Made by a program: the position numbers and the translations under genes. A DNA stretch of 64,000 nt from Marsupella aquatica. Its lineage: Eukaryota > Plantae > Marchantiophyta. Under the pieces are notes generated by a model. The model saw only the letters and a program-made list of their open reading frames with translations. It made no database searches and was not told where the DNA came from. Positions within the stretch are counted from its first letter, which is position 1; every line of letters begins with the position of its first letter. Where the stretch lies: assembly GCA_973895155.1 (NCBI GenBank), contig OZ316899.1, forward strand, positions 8,807,241 to 8,871,240. The letters are read 5' to 3'. This document shows positions 13,481 through 27,254 of this stretch, piece by piece.

Positions 13481-16400
13481 ATGGCTAAAAACACTCATGC
13501 AAAGAGTGGCAAGCAGGCTCCCCCCACCAAGGGGAGAGCCCAAGTTCAAGATGAACAGGAGGACGGGTTGACTTCCCTAGACAAACATTACAAGCAGGAT
13601 GAAGAAGACGTAACGGCCGAACCATTGACCGCTGCAGCAAACAAGTCAAGTGCAGACCGCCGTCAACTTAAAGGGAAGGAGGCGGCTGATCCTTCAGAGG
13701 ATGGGTCGGATGACGATGACTCCGACGCAACTGCAAGCGATGACAACTCTGAAGCTGAGATAGAGGAAGCGGGTCAGGACCCGGAGGAGGAACTGATCCC
13801 AACCTTGAGAGGGTTGAACGCGGAACCAGAGGATGATGCCAAGCCAGACATCATCGTGGATAATTTGACCAAGCAGAACTAGGATGATGCGGGTGATACC
13901 TCAGTCCCGGGAGGTCATGGTACTCGCAAAACGCGGGGTGTTTCACCAAAATCCACAAGAGAACCTAAGGACAGGCAACCCGCAAAGGAACGACGGTTGG
14001 AGGACCGTCCTCATACAACCCGTAAGGGCCCGGCCGCTGACGACGGTCTGGGTCAGTTGACTCAAGACCAACGACTCATCTATGAGCAGTTGGAACACAA
14101 CAAGGGGGCCCAGATTAAGTACTTACTTAGTCTGGGTAGTCAGAGTGCGTCGCGTCCCGAGGGGGGAATGGTAGTTGGACGGAGTATGTTCCAAGTGAAC
14201 CAGCTACCGACTCCTCCATATTATGACGGGGCCTACAAGCAAAGTGGACAAAAGTTCCTGAGTTGGCTCTCCACGATGGAGATTCATCTCCAAGCGTGCG
14301 TTGAGCGTTCCACTTGGGCTACCGCAGCCGCTCCTTACCTGAAGGACTATGCCTTGACTTGGTACAAGTCATGAAAGAAGTCGCGAGAGGACTCCTCCTT
14401 GCCGTTAACTTGGGAAAACCTGGTTGAGGGTCTCCGTGCTCATGTCACCACTAAGTACCCAGAGCGGCATGCTCAGAAATGCGTAACGGAGATGAGTTTC
14501 AGGGGTGATATCCAAAAGTTCATCACTTATTACCAGAACCAGTTGGCATGTATCCCGACGGGACAAGAGACCCTACATACACAGCTTCACAACTTTATTG
14601 TGAAGCTCCCGCCGTTGCTCAAGGAAAAGTTGCAGGAAAAGCGTCATGAGTTCAAAACGCTTTCTGACGCCTTCGACAAGGCCACTACGTTGGTGAATAA
14701 CCGACCGGACTTGGCGAAGGTGGGTGGCAAGGGATCCGAAGGGGAAGCTGGGAAAGCAAAAGGTCCTGGGAATAAGCGGAAGCAACCTGAGGGGGCAGGG
14801 GCTGGTGGTTCGGATCCCGAGCCCCAGAATGGAGAAGCTAAGCGAAACCGGAAGGCCGGCAACTTTAAGAAAGGAGCCTCATCAGCGCAGAAAGCAAAGA
14901 AGCAGGCGACCATGGAGCAGAGACGGGCTGAAGGTTCGTGCTTGCCATGTGGCGCCATGAGCCATCAAAGTAAGGATTGTTCCACAAAAGGTGGCAAGTC
15001 GAACGGAGATGGTGGAGGGCAAACGAACATTAAGGTAAGTATCGCTCTAATCAAACCCTTAGTAGCTGACAAGGTCCCTGAAGGGGATGTCCCTGACGGA
15101 GAGAGGGTGTTGTTGCGAGAAAAGATACCTAAAGTTAAGACAATGGATCCTGAAAAACTGATTTTTGTGAATGTCACTTCTAACGGTAACCTGGGTGTTG
15201 CGTTGGTGGATACAGGCGCGACCACCTACTTCATAAGTGGGCAGGCGGCAACACGTCTTGGGATGGACGTGCAAGAGTTGTTACAACCGTTAGTGTGCAA
15301 GTTTGCCAATGACACGAAGGGGATAGTGTTGAGAGTAGTACATAGACTTCGAGTAGAGGTCATAGGCAAACAACTAAATTTTGTTAGTCAGGAGATGTTC
15401 TACGTTCTAGACGGTCTAGCCGTAGACTTCATTTTGTTGGTAGGTTATCTCAGAAAGCACAATGTTACCTTAAAACCGGGGGGTGAGGTGCTCCATTTTC
15501 CCAATAAGGGCGGTGAGCCCATCGTTGTACACGAAATTACCAAAAATAAAGAAAGATTTCTTAAAGTAAGTAAAGTGTCGTGGATGTCTCCGTGTGTATC
15601 GGCGAAGCAATGGTGGAAAGACTTCAAGGGTGGACATGAATGTTTCTTCTTTCATCTCCACCCAACTAAGGAGGCTGCGTCGCAGCCAAAGGTCAAGTCA
15701 GCTAAGGTCGGGCCCGACTGCGGTCGAATTCCTGAAATTTTAGAGGAATTCAACGACGTGCTCTCGCAGAAGCTACCTAAAGGTTTACCCCCACGGAGAG
15801 AAGTGGATCACCAAGTTGAGTTGGAGCCGGGATCGGCTCCTCAGGCTAAAGCTCCTTATCGTCTGAACCTGAACAAGTGAATGATGTTGAAGAATGCCTT
15901 GGAAGAGTTGATCGACCAAGGGTTCATTCGCCCTAGTAAGAGTCCTTACGGGGCGCCCGCACTGTTTGTGTCCAAAAAGGATGGTACTTTGAGATTGTGC
16001 GCAGATTACCGGGCCCTCAATAAGCAGACGGTAAAGAACAAGTATCCGTTACCTCATATGGATGACCTCTTTGATTGCCTCTCCGGGGCTAAGAAGTTTT
16101 CAAAGGTGGACTTGCGGTCTGGGTATTACCAGATCCGCATGGCTAAGGGAGACGAGTATAAGACCACGATGCACACAAGGTTCGGATCCTATGAGTTTTT
16201 GGTTATGCCGTTCGGGTTGTGTAATGCAACCGCAACGTTCATGAAGATGATGAATACCATCTTTCATGACTTGTTGGACCAAGGAGTGGTCGTCTTTATT
16301 GACGACATCCTAATCTACTCGAAAATGTTGGAGGAGCATGAGCAGTTGCTCAGAGAAGTGTTCTCTTGCCTTCGTAAGGCTTGTCTCTTTGCTAAACCTA

Positions 16401-18213
16401 GCAAGTGCGAGTTTGCAATGAACAAGATTCAGTTCCTCGGCCATACCTTTACCCCGGAAGGGATTACGCCTAGTCAGAACAAGCTTAAGGAGATCAATGA
16501 ATGGGAGCGCCCGTCCAATGTAAGGCAAGTTAGAGCCTTCTTAGGATTTACGGGGTTCTATCGGAGATACATGAAAGACTATGCGAGGATTGCAAGGCCC
16601 CTAAATGCGCTAACATTGAAAAACAAAGTGTTTGTGTGGACACAGGATTGCGAGTTAGCATTCCTAGAACTTAAGCGGTTAATGATAACGCCGCCGGTTC
16701 TAAAGTTACCTAAGATGGGGAAACCGTTCGAGATTTGGACAGACGTAAGTGATTATGCCATCGGCGCCTGTCTTCACCAAGATGGGCGTCCTGTGGCCTT
16801 CGAGTCATGTAAGTTGGAAAATCACTGGATCATACGCGGAAAGGGAAATTTATGTTGTGATCTATGCGTTGAAGAAGTGGGAGATTTACCTTAAGAACGG
16901 TCCCAAAGTGGTAATCCACACAAATAGCTCGCCGGCCGGGTACTTTAGTTCTAAGCCAAGGCTGAACCGCAAGGAAATGCGCTGGCAGATGTTCTTGGCG
17001 GATTTCGATTTTGAAGTTTGCCACGTTCCAGGGAAGACAAATACGGCAGCGGACGCGTCATCTTGTAAGGACCAACATCGTGTCAATGGGATCACGATGC
17101 CAAAGGTTCTGGCCACGGCGTATGGGGATGACAGGTTAGCTAAGGATTGGCAAAGCAATGGGGGTAGCCGGGGCAAGGTAAGGCACGTATTGTTGGGGTT
17201 GCATACGACGCATAATGTCCAATTATGGCGATACAAGCAAAGGCGTGTGTAAATACCAAAGTCTCTAAGGTTAGAGGTTCTGCAAAAGTACCACGACTCG
17301 CCCTGGGGAGGGCATGGAGGACAAGCCGCTACGTATCGCAGCATGTCGCGAGATGTGTATTGGCCGGACATGAAGCAATCGGTCCTTCAACATGTGCAAA
17401 GTTGTTACTCGTGCCAAAAGAACCAAACAGTCTAGGGCAAAAGGAGGACTACTACAACCCTTACCAGTAGCTGCGGCTCCATGGGAGTCTATCTCCATGG
17501 ACTTCATTGTTGGATTACCTGAGTCCCACGGCAGTAAATCCATCTTAACAATCGTGGATCGTTTTTCCAAGATGGCGTATTTCTTGCCTACTACGAAGAT
17601 GGTTTCGGCCCGAGAGGTTGCCGGTCTAGTATTTGACAATGTCTTCCGACAATGGGGATTGTCATTGCATATCCTGTCCGATCCCGATACCAAGTTCACG
17701 GGCCATTTCTAGAAGGTGTTGTTCCGGTTATCCAGAACGGACTTGACCAGGGGATCAGCGTATCATCATGAGACAGATGGCCAAACAGAATGGGTTAATG
17801 GTATCGTGGAGGACTACTTGCGTCACTTTGTGACAGCCAATCAGAAGGATTGGGCGAAGCATTTAACAATGGCCGAGTTTAGGTATAACTCGACCAAGCA
17901 TTCGGCGACGGGGTTGCGACGTTTGTGTTGGCCACAGGGAGGACGCCAAGGGCGCCCTCCTGGTTTATAAATCCGGAAGCTTGGCGGACGGAAAGCAAGG
18001 TTCCTTCTGTGGACGATTTTATTCGAGAGCGGCGCCTAGTTGTGGAAGCGGCTACCAAGGGTATGACCCTTGCCCAAAGTCGGTACAAGGAGCAAGGGGA
18101 TAAACATCGACGTCAGGTAAGCTTTGAAATTGGGGAGAGCGTCTGGTTGCAGTTGAGACCTGAGCAATACCACGGGAACATAAGTAGGAAGCTGGCTCTC
18201 AGATATGCAGGGC
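13481..18213 (+). pseudogene. Gypsy gag-pol (gag, CCHC knuckle, protease, RT, RNase H, integrase)
   Basis: PPYYDG...YLKDYALTW; CLPCGAMSHQSKDC; ALVDTGAT; [29 protein letters not shown]; [10 protein letters not shown]; HDSPWGGH, PWESISMDFIVGLP, ETDGQTE, RYAGP; several stops and frameshifts. Confidence 0.97.
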
Positions 18214-19300
18214 CTAGGCATGAGCACTGGGTCGGCCCGTTCACAACGGGCTAAGGCACTCCGCTTGCGGATGCCTATCAAGAAAGTTATGGGCGTTTCC
18301 AGTTGGTGGCGCGCCCATTATGCGCGATGGGATCCGGGTTGGGGGCAAAATGTTTAGGGACCAAAGCTGGTCCGGGGGTGGCAGGTCTCCAGAAGCATAT
18401 ATGAGGGGAATGGTGTCTCCTTGGTGGTTAAGGGCGAGCCAAAGTCGTAAGCCGCGGCGGTTGCGACACCAAGGGAAACCGCCAAACGGAAACAACGATA
18501 TCTTCCCAATGGGAAGTCCGTTGGAGGACTTCTTAGGTGCGTTGGAAATCTCTTGAGGAGGACTACGCCCTCCTGAGCTCAGCTGGGTCTGGGGATGCCA
18601 TGGGTTCTCGTGGTTTGCGGGTGTTAGCTCGCCCGTTTGCCAAATCCTGCCAAACAGCAGCCAAGCCGTGTGCAGCCTCCCAAGGGAACTTGCGTTGGGG
18701 AGGCAAGGCCAAGTAGGTGTGGAGGCTGAGTCCCAAGGGCGCTTGGTCCCTAGACCATCAGTGGGGCGAACCGGGAGTTGGTGTTAGAGTCGGGGCCGTT
18801 CTGGTCCCGGCGTGTTGAGACAAGCTTGGGATAAGCTTTAGGACAAGCTATGCTATTTGGGCCATGAGCATGTCCTGAGGTCAGGGCGGTCAGTTGGTGA
18901 TGGATAGGTACAAGGGGGAACCCGGGCCGCGCCCAAGGAAGGAGCTGTCTTGGACGGACAGCGGGCGTGGGTTCTGGTTCTGGCTTATGGCATCGGGAGG
19001 ACCTATCGCTGACCTATTTACCAATGTCTGTTGAGCTTGAGTTAGGATGCTAGACTTGGCGAGTTCTAGATCCAATGGGGTTACTTACCGAGGTGCTTGG
19101 TTGCTTGTGCAGACAATGAGGACCGTTGAGTAGCGGTCGTGTGGATGAGCAAGTGCGGCTTCGTATCGGAGTGGCCGCGGGTGGTGCTAGAGGCATTCGG
19201 ATGCTTGCTCGAGGTATTTCGTGGAGGCGTTTGAGCACCAAGGGCACTTAGGCGCAAGTGCTGGGCTTGGTGAGGGCGTTGGGTGGCAAGGTCCACCACT
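18209..19300 (+). repeat. Gypsy 3' LTR, 5'-truncated
   Basis: Matches 3767-4857; fused directly to the integrase GP motif. Confidence 0.9.
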
Positions 19301-19305
19301 TGGAT

Positions 19306-20330
19306 GCCTAACGAGAAAGTTATGGGCGTTGCTAGTCGGTGGCGCGCCCGTTATGCTCGATAGGATCCGGGTTGGGGGCCAAATGGTTAGGGACCAAAGC
19401 TGGTCCGGGGGTGGCAGGTCTCCAGAAGCATATATGAGGGGAGTGGTGTCTCCCTGGGGGCTAAGGGCGAGCCGAAGTCGTGAGCCGCGGTGGTCGCGAC
19501 ACTAAGGGAAACCGCCAAACGGAAATGGCGATATCTTCCCAACGGGAAGTCCGTTGGAGGACTTCTTGGGTGTGTTGGAAAGCTCTTGAGGAGGGCTACG
19601 CCCTCCTGATCTCAGCTTGGTCTGGGGGTACCTTGGGTTCTTGAGGTTTGCGTTAGCTTGTCCGCTTGCCAAATCCCGCCGAACAGCAGCCAAGCCGCGT
19701 TCAGTCTCCCAAGGGAGCTTGCATGTGGGAGGCAAGGCCAAGTAGGTGTGGAGGTTGAGCCCTAAGAGAGTTTGGCCCCTAGACCATCAGTAGTGAAAAT
19801 CGTGGGTTGGATTCGGGAGTCAAGGCCATTCTGATCCCGACGTGTTTGGACAAGCTTGGGACAAGCTTTAGGACAAGCTACACTATTTGGGCCATGAGCA
19901 TGTCCTAAGGTCAGGGCGGTCAGTTGGTGATGGATAGGTACGAGGGGGAACCCGGGCCGCGCCCAAGGAAGGAGCTGTTCTGGACAAACAATGGGCGTGG
20001 GCTCTAGTTCCGGTTTATGGCATCGGGAGGACCTATTGCTGACCTATTTACCAATGTCTGTTGAGTTTGAATTAGGATGCTAGACTTGGCGAGTTCTAGA
20101 TCCGATGGGGTTACTTACCGAGGCGCTTGGTTGCTTGTGCAGACAGTGAGGATCGTTGAGTAGCGGTCGTGTAGGTGAGCAAGTGCGGCTTCGTATGGGA
20201 GGGGCCGCTGGTGGTGCAAGGGGCACTTGGGAGCTTGCTCAAAGTATTCCATGGGGGCGTTCGGGCACCAAGGGCACTTAGGCGCAAGTGTTGGGATTGG
20301 TGAGGGCGCTGGGTGGCAAGGTCCACCACT
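19306..20330 (+). repeat. Gypsy solo LTR, right part
   Basis: Matches 3831-4857; ends CCACCACT, followed by TSD AATTC. Confidence 0.9.
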
Positions 20331-21045
20331 AATTCACAGCCGGCTCTACTTCACCAACATCCTGCTTATTGAAGTTTGCCAGGCCAAGATAAATGTGTAA
20401 CATACCCAATATGGCCATGTAGCTAAGGGTTTCCTTTAAAGTTGTCCCTAACCCTGAGCCCAAATTTAACTTGACTTGTTTAGGGCCTAATGTAGTATAT
20501 TGGTATTTTGGCAATCCTACAAACCCCTTATATGAACGGTGCAGACTCAACGGCTCATCTCAATGGATCATGGCAGGGTGAAGAGTAAACATGACTACTC
20601 CCACTAAGTGTTGGTTTAGTGAGTGTTGTGAGTGAAGAGCATCGAATGCATGTTGAATGTTGAGGTTTTGTCGGGCTTTGTAGTGTTCTAAGGGTTTTAT
20701 AGTTGCAAGGGCTCTTTTCTTCCGGTCTGAGCCGCCTTATTGTGTTTTGCCAAAAAATGTCATGCTGCAAGCTACGATTAGGGCTACAATGAAAGGTTGT
20801 TTCTAAGGACATTTAACTCGGAGGTAGGGCGAAGAAGGTTGTAGCCGTTGCAACCTTAGGTGGGGAGGACCTGCGATTGTGGGTCTACGACTGATATTGC
20901 CATTTGTTGCGTATCGAGGATTGCCATCACCATTTTGCTCATTTGACTAGGACTAAGTGCGGCGGAGCAAGACGGGGAGCTGGAGAGTTGCAGAGAAGCC
21001 AAGTGCCAAACACTCCACTCACGAGAATACACTTGGTAACAGAGC

Positions 21046-21240
21046 AGCGGAGCAAGGTTCGTGTTCTCTTGGTGGGATCGGGAGTTTAGGGATCGGAGCA
21101 AGGTTTTCTGTGTTCTCTTGGTGGGAACGTCTCTACAATGAGGTTTAGTGTTCCCATTTTCTTGTGGTCGGCGCTGTGGAATCCGAGAAGAGGGATCGGG
21201 AGTTTAGGGATGCTGCGGTGACCGACTCTTGAAGGGTAAC
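21046..21240 (+). repeat. Segment shared with CACTA interior (6165-6410)
   Basis: Near-identical run ...GGAACGTCTCTACA.TGAGGTTTAGTGTTCCCATTTTCTTGTGGTCGG...GAAGGGT. Confidence 0.85.
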
Positions 21241-24200
21241 AAAAGCATCAACCAGCAAGGCCGAACGATCAAGCATTTCTTTTGCGTTGGGCAATGTTAG
21301 TGAGGTGAGACAACCTATTTGGTGCGCTTATGTTTTTGGTGCCATTGCTTGATACGATGAGCAGACAACTGCAGGGTGTTCTTGACTTGTGATTGAGGAG
21401 TTGGAAGCTCCTTAGTGTGCTACAGTTTCTGTTCAAACCATGTCTTTAGCTGGAGCTACGATCAGTGTCTGCGGAGCTGCCAACCGGGTGCTTGTGTGAT
21501 TGAGGTCAGTTCAGCTCTTGGGTTGCCCGAATGTTCCACTGCCATCATTTGTGACCACGAGCAATGGACTTCATCATGGGGATTTTCTAGGGATTTCTGC
21601 TAAACCCTTTGTTGGCTTTCTTCTTTGAGGTCAACTTGCTGCTACCACAAAGTGGGGACTGAGGGCTGGACGCGGCAGCGAGTTCATAAGTGCAACATTG
21701 GCCTTCCACTTTCAACCATACTTTTTGTAATAGAGTAGGCGGTGATTGCACCAAACCGTGTAGCTGGAGCTGCCCCGATCCAGTTGAAGGAGCGTCAAGC
21801 ACTCTAAGGCAAGAGTTTCTCCTACACTTGAACCGACAACTTTCCCATGTCACCTTCAATCAGTTTTCCTCTGCACCTTGGCTTGAAAAAATCTGTCACA
21901 TTGAGCACAAAATCTATCGCCTTTTAGCCTTTGTGCTTTTCCGGACATCCTCATAGTGAGTCGGTCGTGCTACTAGAAGTACTACCACTTTTACTATACC
22001 TCCAACCTCAGTGCCTTTTACAAAATGCTTTCTCATTCTTCTACTTGGCATGGCATCATCTTGATTGCTCGTCATGCTGTGACCAGCAATGGAAAGCGTA
22101 GACGAGTTGCATTCGGATTCATATTCTAATCCAGAGAGTTTGTCTAAGGCTCTCAACAGACCATGCCTGCCTGCCTAATTCTCCAATTGATTGCACAGGG
22201 AGTTGTCTGTGCAAAACCTGTTTGAGTGTGTTCCAGTGTTCTGTGTGATGCTAAATTCATAACTCAAATGATCACTCACAAGCGCAAAATCTTAGGACTA
22301 CTCGTATTTGAGACGGTGGTGATCAAGATTGTGCCAGGTTCATGTGCTATGGCTCATAGCGTTCATCTAGTTGCACCATACATTTAATTGCGCTATACAG
22401 GTTTAGCATCTTGCCATCTGTTTAGTATGTTCTATGTTGTCAAACACTTGTCAAGGAGCTTAAGCGGCTTTTCTCCCCAAAAGACTACCTAATACCTGCT
22501 CCATATCATACCAGGGTCACAAAGGATTGACAAAACTTCTGAAATGTGCCTACAATGTCTAATCACTCCATACATAAGTAGTTTCAACTCTCCACTTCTA
22601 GAGAGGTAGTCCCCTTGACTACTTTTGTACTCACACCCTTCCCCTCTCCTCTACTCCAAGGATCAGCAAGGGGGATCTCCGCTCCAAGCTGTCACTTTAG
22701 AGTAGATTCTCACACAAACACCCAAGAACCAAAGTACTTTCCTCTTCAAGCTTAAGTCTCCTCAAGACCCTCAAAGTAGTGTTACCCCTCAACCTTGCCC
22801 CTCTGGCCTTGGTTTGGGTCCACACATCTCCTTTGAGCTCTAGAGAAGGCTCCTCTATCTAAAGACTCTTCCTCTTGTTCTTACTTCTTGTTAACACCAC
22901 ACACCAAGCAAAATACTTTCCACCCTCAAGCTATAATCCTTTCTAAGTCTCAAAGTAGTGCTCTACCTTAACCTTGCCTCCTTGGCCTTGGTTTTGTACT
23001 AGCACATCCCCTTTGAGCTTAGACCAAGATTACATCATAGCATGGACTCTTCTCTTGCTCTTCATATACTTCAAATGCACTCACACTTAATGGTCACAAT
23101 GAATATTGGCAAGTATCCTTTTATTGCATCACCTTTATAACAAAAGTTCACTACACATTCTCCACACTAAGCATGGACCACCTCTCCCTTCTCAAGCTTA
23201 GCCCTACCTTGGCAAGGTAGAGATTCCACTTAAGAGATGAGACTCCCGGTCCCTAACAAATGAAAACTTACTCCTTATATACTATTCTCCTTCCACACCA
23301 CACCAATCTTGACCTGGGGTCCAACTACTCCTCCCCCAAGTCCTCCTAACACACAAAGTCCAACTCTATAGTTCGTAGCCCACACTACAACCTATTGTTT
23401 GGACTCCTTCCAAGCCCTGGAATATGCCACACATGAGTTGCATGTTTTGACCTCCAAACCTGCTCCCACTTATGGTCCTCCTCACCAGATTCCCAACCCA
23501 CTTGAAAGCTCGCAAAAAGAGTGAGTGAGTCTCAAGTTGTGCCTAGTCAAAGATGACCTTATTTTACTTGTAACCCCTTTACTACCCTAAGTAAACTACC
23601 CCTTATACTTACTTTTCTTAACATGATGGCCTTACACCTTTGAACAAAGGTAAGTACCCTTCCCTAGAGCCTAACTAAAGTGGTATGGGTGCAAGAAAGG
23701 TCAGCCCCTAAATCTGGTAGTCATTCCCCTATGCCAACTTTGGTTTGCAAGCTATCGGGACCCCCTCGTGGCCTCGGCTAAAAATATATTTGAGTGACTC
23801 TTTTTATGGGTTTCCACCTTCACCAAGGGGTGCCTTATCTTCCCCTAACTCAACACAAAAAAAATTGGGCCCCAACGGATACCCCTAGCCAAAGGTATGC
23901 CCATTCTCCCAAGGCCTATTTTTGGTGTAAAGCGGGTGTAAGCGGCGACCCGATTACACGCTCCTTACACTCCCCTTATGGAGATTCCAGGTGTCACCAG
24001 GGGAGAGTACTCTCATTATACTCACGATTCTTATGAAGAATTTGATAAGGACATCAATCTTTGTAGCCATTTTCCTCTCTCTTGAATTCAATCTGAAACT
24101 GCATCATTCTCTATTGGATTCGAATGGCAGCAGGTCAATCTACAGCTCAACCAGGTTTGCAGCACCCTTCTCAGTCCACCTCCATAGCCATCCAGCCTTG

Positions 24201-26322
24201 CAAGTGATTCAAAATTGCAGCAGAATTTTGCAGCAGCCATAGCCCACCAATTCGCAGCTAGCAGCACAACAACACATTCGAAGCACAGCAGCAGATTCGA
24301 AGCACAGCAGTAGCAGCCATAGCTTGATTCCTTCTCAGCAACTAGCTCTATTCCAATCACTCAGCCAAGCAGGTCTCTCTTCTCAATTTCGCAACTGCCC
24401 ACCTCTGCAATTTCGCAACTAGCAACAATCCTATTTTGCAGCCATAGCTCTTCAATTTCGTAGCCCACCATAGCTCACAGCCAACCAACTAGCTCTTGAT
24501 CAGCAGCAACCTATTTCTCCATAGCAAGCAGCTCTATTCCAATCAACAGCATTCAGGCAGCCAGCCAATTCTGATCAACATACCATGCTTGAAGCTATAG
24601 CAGCTCAATTCAATTTCATAGCTGCCTCTTGATCCCAATTCGAAGCAAGCATCTCATGTATTGGCCCTTATGGTGTTCCTGACCTTGTGCTTGAGTCGCC
24701 CCGGCCTCGTGCTTAAGTCGTGGTCGCCGCCGACGCCGTTGACACTTAGAAAAATTTCGGATTTTTTTGTTGGGAAAACAGTATTTCCAGGCCGTTTTGG
24801 ACCGCCCCCAAAAATCACACATGAGTCCAAAATGACTTCTGAGTATATATACATATTCTCTGGACATAGGACTATGTCCTGGTTTACTAATATCTAAACA
24901 AAACCTTATCACCGATTTTCTAAAATTAGGTAAAGTGGGTCAATTATTATGTTTTCCAAAATTCTTCTCACCTTTGAGATGCTCCCCAAAAGTAACCAAA
25001 GATACCCAGCTTCTACCACAAGTTTCCAGGGATAGAGTGGACCATATTTAACCCACTTCCAATCTTGGAACTCCTAAATTTACTCATCAGCTATTTTCCC
25101 GGGACCCGCTATTTGTTAATTTAAGTCACACCAAAACACAAGGAAACCCTAGGTTGAGACCCCACTTGACATCTAACTTTTTAGGGGTGCTCTAGGGACC
25201 TCCTAGAATCTATGGGAAAAATCTGAACCAAAAGTAAGACTTCAAGTGTCGGGTTGTTTCTCCGACTCGGAATAGTCGCCTATTCTAATAAGGACGAAAC
25301 ATTGTATGCCCCATCATAAAGACCTTTCTTATCCCTTGTCACTTGCTTAGAACTCAGTAACCTTCCATTCCACTATCTTTCCTATTCTACCTACTTAAGT
25401 TCCTAAAACCTAGTTACTCCGATAACACTTAAAACATCTTTCTTACTATTCCTTGTTCCAAAAGCAAAAAAATGACAAGTTTCTTACATAAACCTATATC
25501 GAGCCATTCCACATATGTGCAGCCATCTTCTTCATTCACCTTAGAGGGTAAGATGCGGCTCCACCATACCAAATGACATAGTGTGATCCTTTAGCCTTCT
25601 ATGGACCTTATTGTTTATGAAAAACTGGTATCACATTGACACCATAAGTTGTCTAATCTCAATATTCTTTTGTGGTGAAGTGTACATTAGAATGTCTATC
25701 TCGCTGAACCAGACAGGGTGAAAGGAACCAATCCTGTTCCATACGGAGGTCAGGTGTCCCAACGTGATTGACGTCAGCTGGGACGCAATTCCCTCAAATG
25801 CTTGCACATTTCATGTAATTAAGTTGGGCTGTTGCTGTAGGCAATTGGTATTTGATTGATTGATTAGTGGCTAGGTTTTTAAGTTGCAGACTTGGATTAG
25901 TTGCGGAGTCGGATGAATCAACATAATCTTTCCACACAAGTTCAAGACTGCCACGTACTACTTGCATTCTAGCTGCTTTGCTTTGCTAACAACTGCCTAT
26001 TCACATTTGTAGTCAACAATCTCTGTTGCGCTCTCTCCTGTTTTGCTTCTGCTTCATTTTGCCAAACCAATCCAGGTTTTGTTAGTAAGGTTTTGCTGCT
26101 GATTTGCCATGGAGCTCGCAATAAGGGTATTGCTAGGCCCATTGAGGTATTGTTTGGATTGAGTGGTCCTTTTCTCATGGATTGTTGGTGAGTTTGAGGC
26201 CCTCTATAGTTTGGTGACTTGCTGTCAGAATGTTTTCATAGTTGATTGAAGGACTATGCAAAACTGTGCCTAAACAATTTGGTAGGGCCAACGTCATGTG
26301 ATCATGTACTTGCTCTATAAAG

Positions 26323-27232
26323 TTCTAAAGATATAAGCATTTTCTGTTAGACTAGGCAACTTGGGAGTTGCTAAGTGTTACTTGCATCTGAGGGGCTACA
26401 CCGGGGGCATCAACGGAGGTTCACTTGCACTGTTGGATAGCAAGCAAAGGGTGTGCGCTGCATTTTGATCTGGACAACCAAGTGTAGAGTTGACTCTTTC
26501 TGAATGTTGTAGTCTGTTTTGCCTTGAACTGGGCCATGGATGAATTGAGCTTGTGAGCATTTTTTTTCATTCCCATCTTCCTGAAGCTTTCTCTGCATTC
26601 TACTAGCCCCTTGTGGTGGGGCCTTTTCTTCAAAGATCCTTAATGTGAACAGAGTTTGTACTTTGATTATGAAGTTTGACTGAGTTTTTGTTTACTAAAA
26701 GAATGTGACTGTGTAAGAGTTCCATTTGGCAGTGGATTGGTTGAAGCACTTCCTGCTAGTGTGTTGTCCATAGCTCTTTGACCAGCTTTTGTATTCCTTG
26801 TCTTTCACTACTTACGATGACATCAATTCAGCTAAGACCATAGAAGGTTCCAAAGCATCTAACTTGTAAAATCGCATTCTATTTGTTTTTGGAATAAGGT
26901 GCTGGGTGCCAAAATAGACAGCACAGTAAACGCGCTGAAAAGACTTGAGGACTGGGTTCAACAAGGTAGTGAAGGTGCTTGGAGCCATAGTAAGTATGCA
27001 TTATGTATCCTTTCTTTGTTGATGTGAGCTTTGCATAGTGGGAGTTGTAGTTGGCAAGAGTTCCATAAGGCCAAATATGAATAGTTCCAAAAGTATGTGT
27101 ATGAACTAAGTGTAGAGTTGGCTCTTTCTAAAGATATAAGCATTTTTTGTTAGACCAGGCAACTTGGGAGTTGCTAAGTGTCACCTGCATCTGAGGGGCT
27201 ACACGGGGGCATCAGTGGAGGTTCACTTGCAC
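26323..27232 (+). repeat. ~108-bp direct repeat pair (26323-26430, 27126-27232)
   Basis: TTCTAAAGATATAAGCATTTT...GGAGGTTCACTTGCAC at both sites. Confidence 0.85.
26476..26514 (-). pseudogene. Captured ubiquitin fragment
   Basis: Encodes DYNIQKESTLHLV, an exact 13-aa match to the ubiquitin C-terminal region; rest of the gene absent. Confidence 0.85.
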
Positions 27233-27254
27233 AACACGACAACTAGTTAACTAG

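Larger units (their letters stand above)
3366..19300 (+). mobile_element. Ty3/gypsy (chromovirus-like) LTR retrotransposon inserted in a solo LTR of its own family
   Basis: LTR-PBS-gag-pol-LTR; flanked by CGGAT (3361-3365) and TGGAT (19301-19305); interrupted by a CACTA element at 4905-13379. Confidence 0.9.

Noticed and set aside
22500-25600. Possible further LTR fragment with a degenerate CAG-rich tract (24200-24650)
   Set aside because: No termini, TSD, PBS/PPT or coding motif could be fixed
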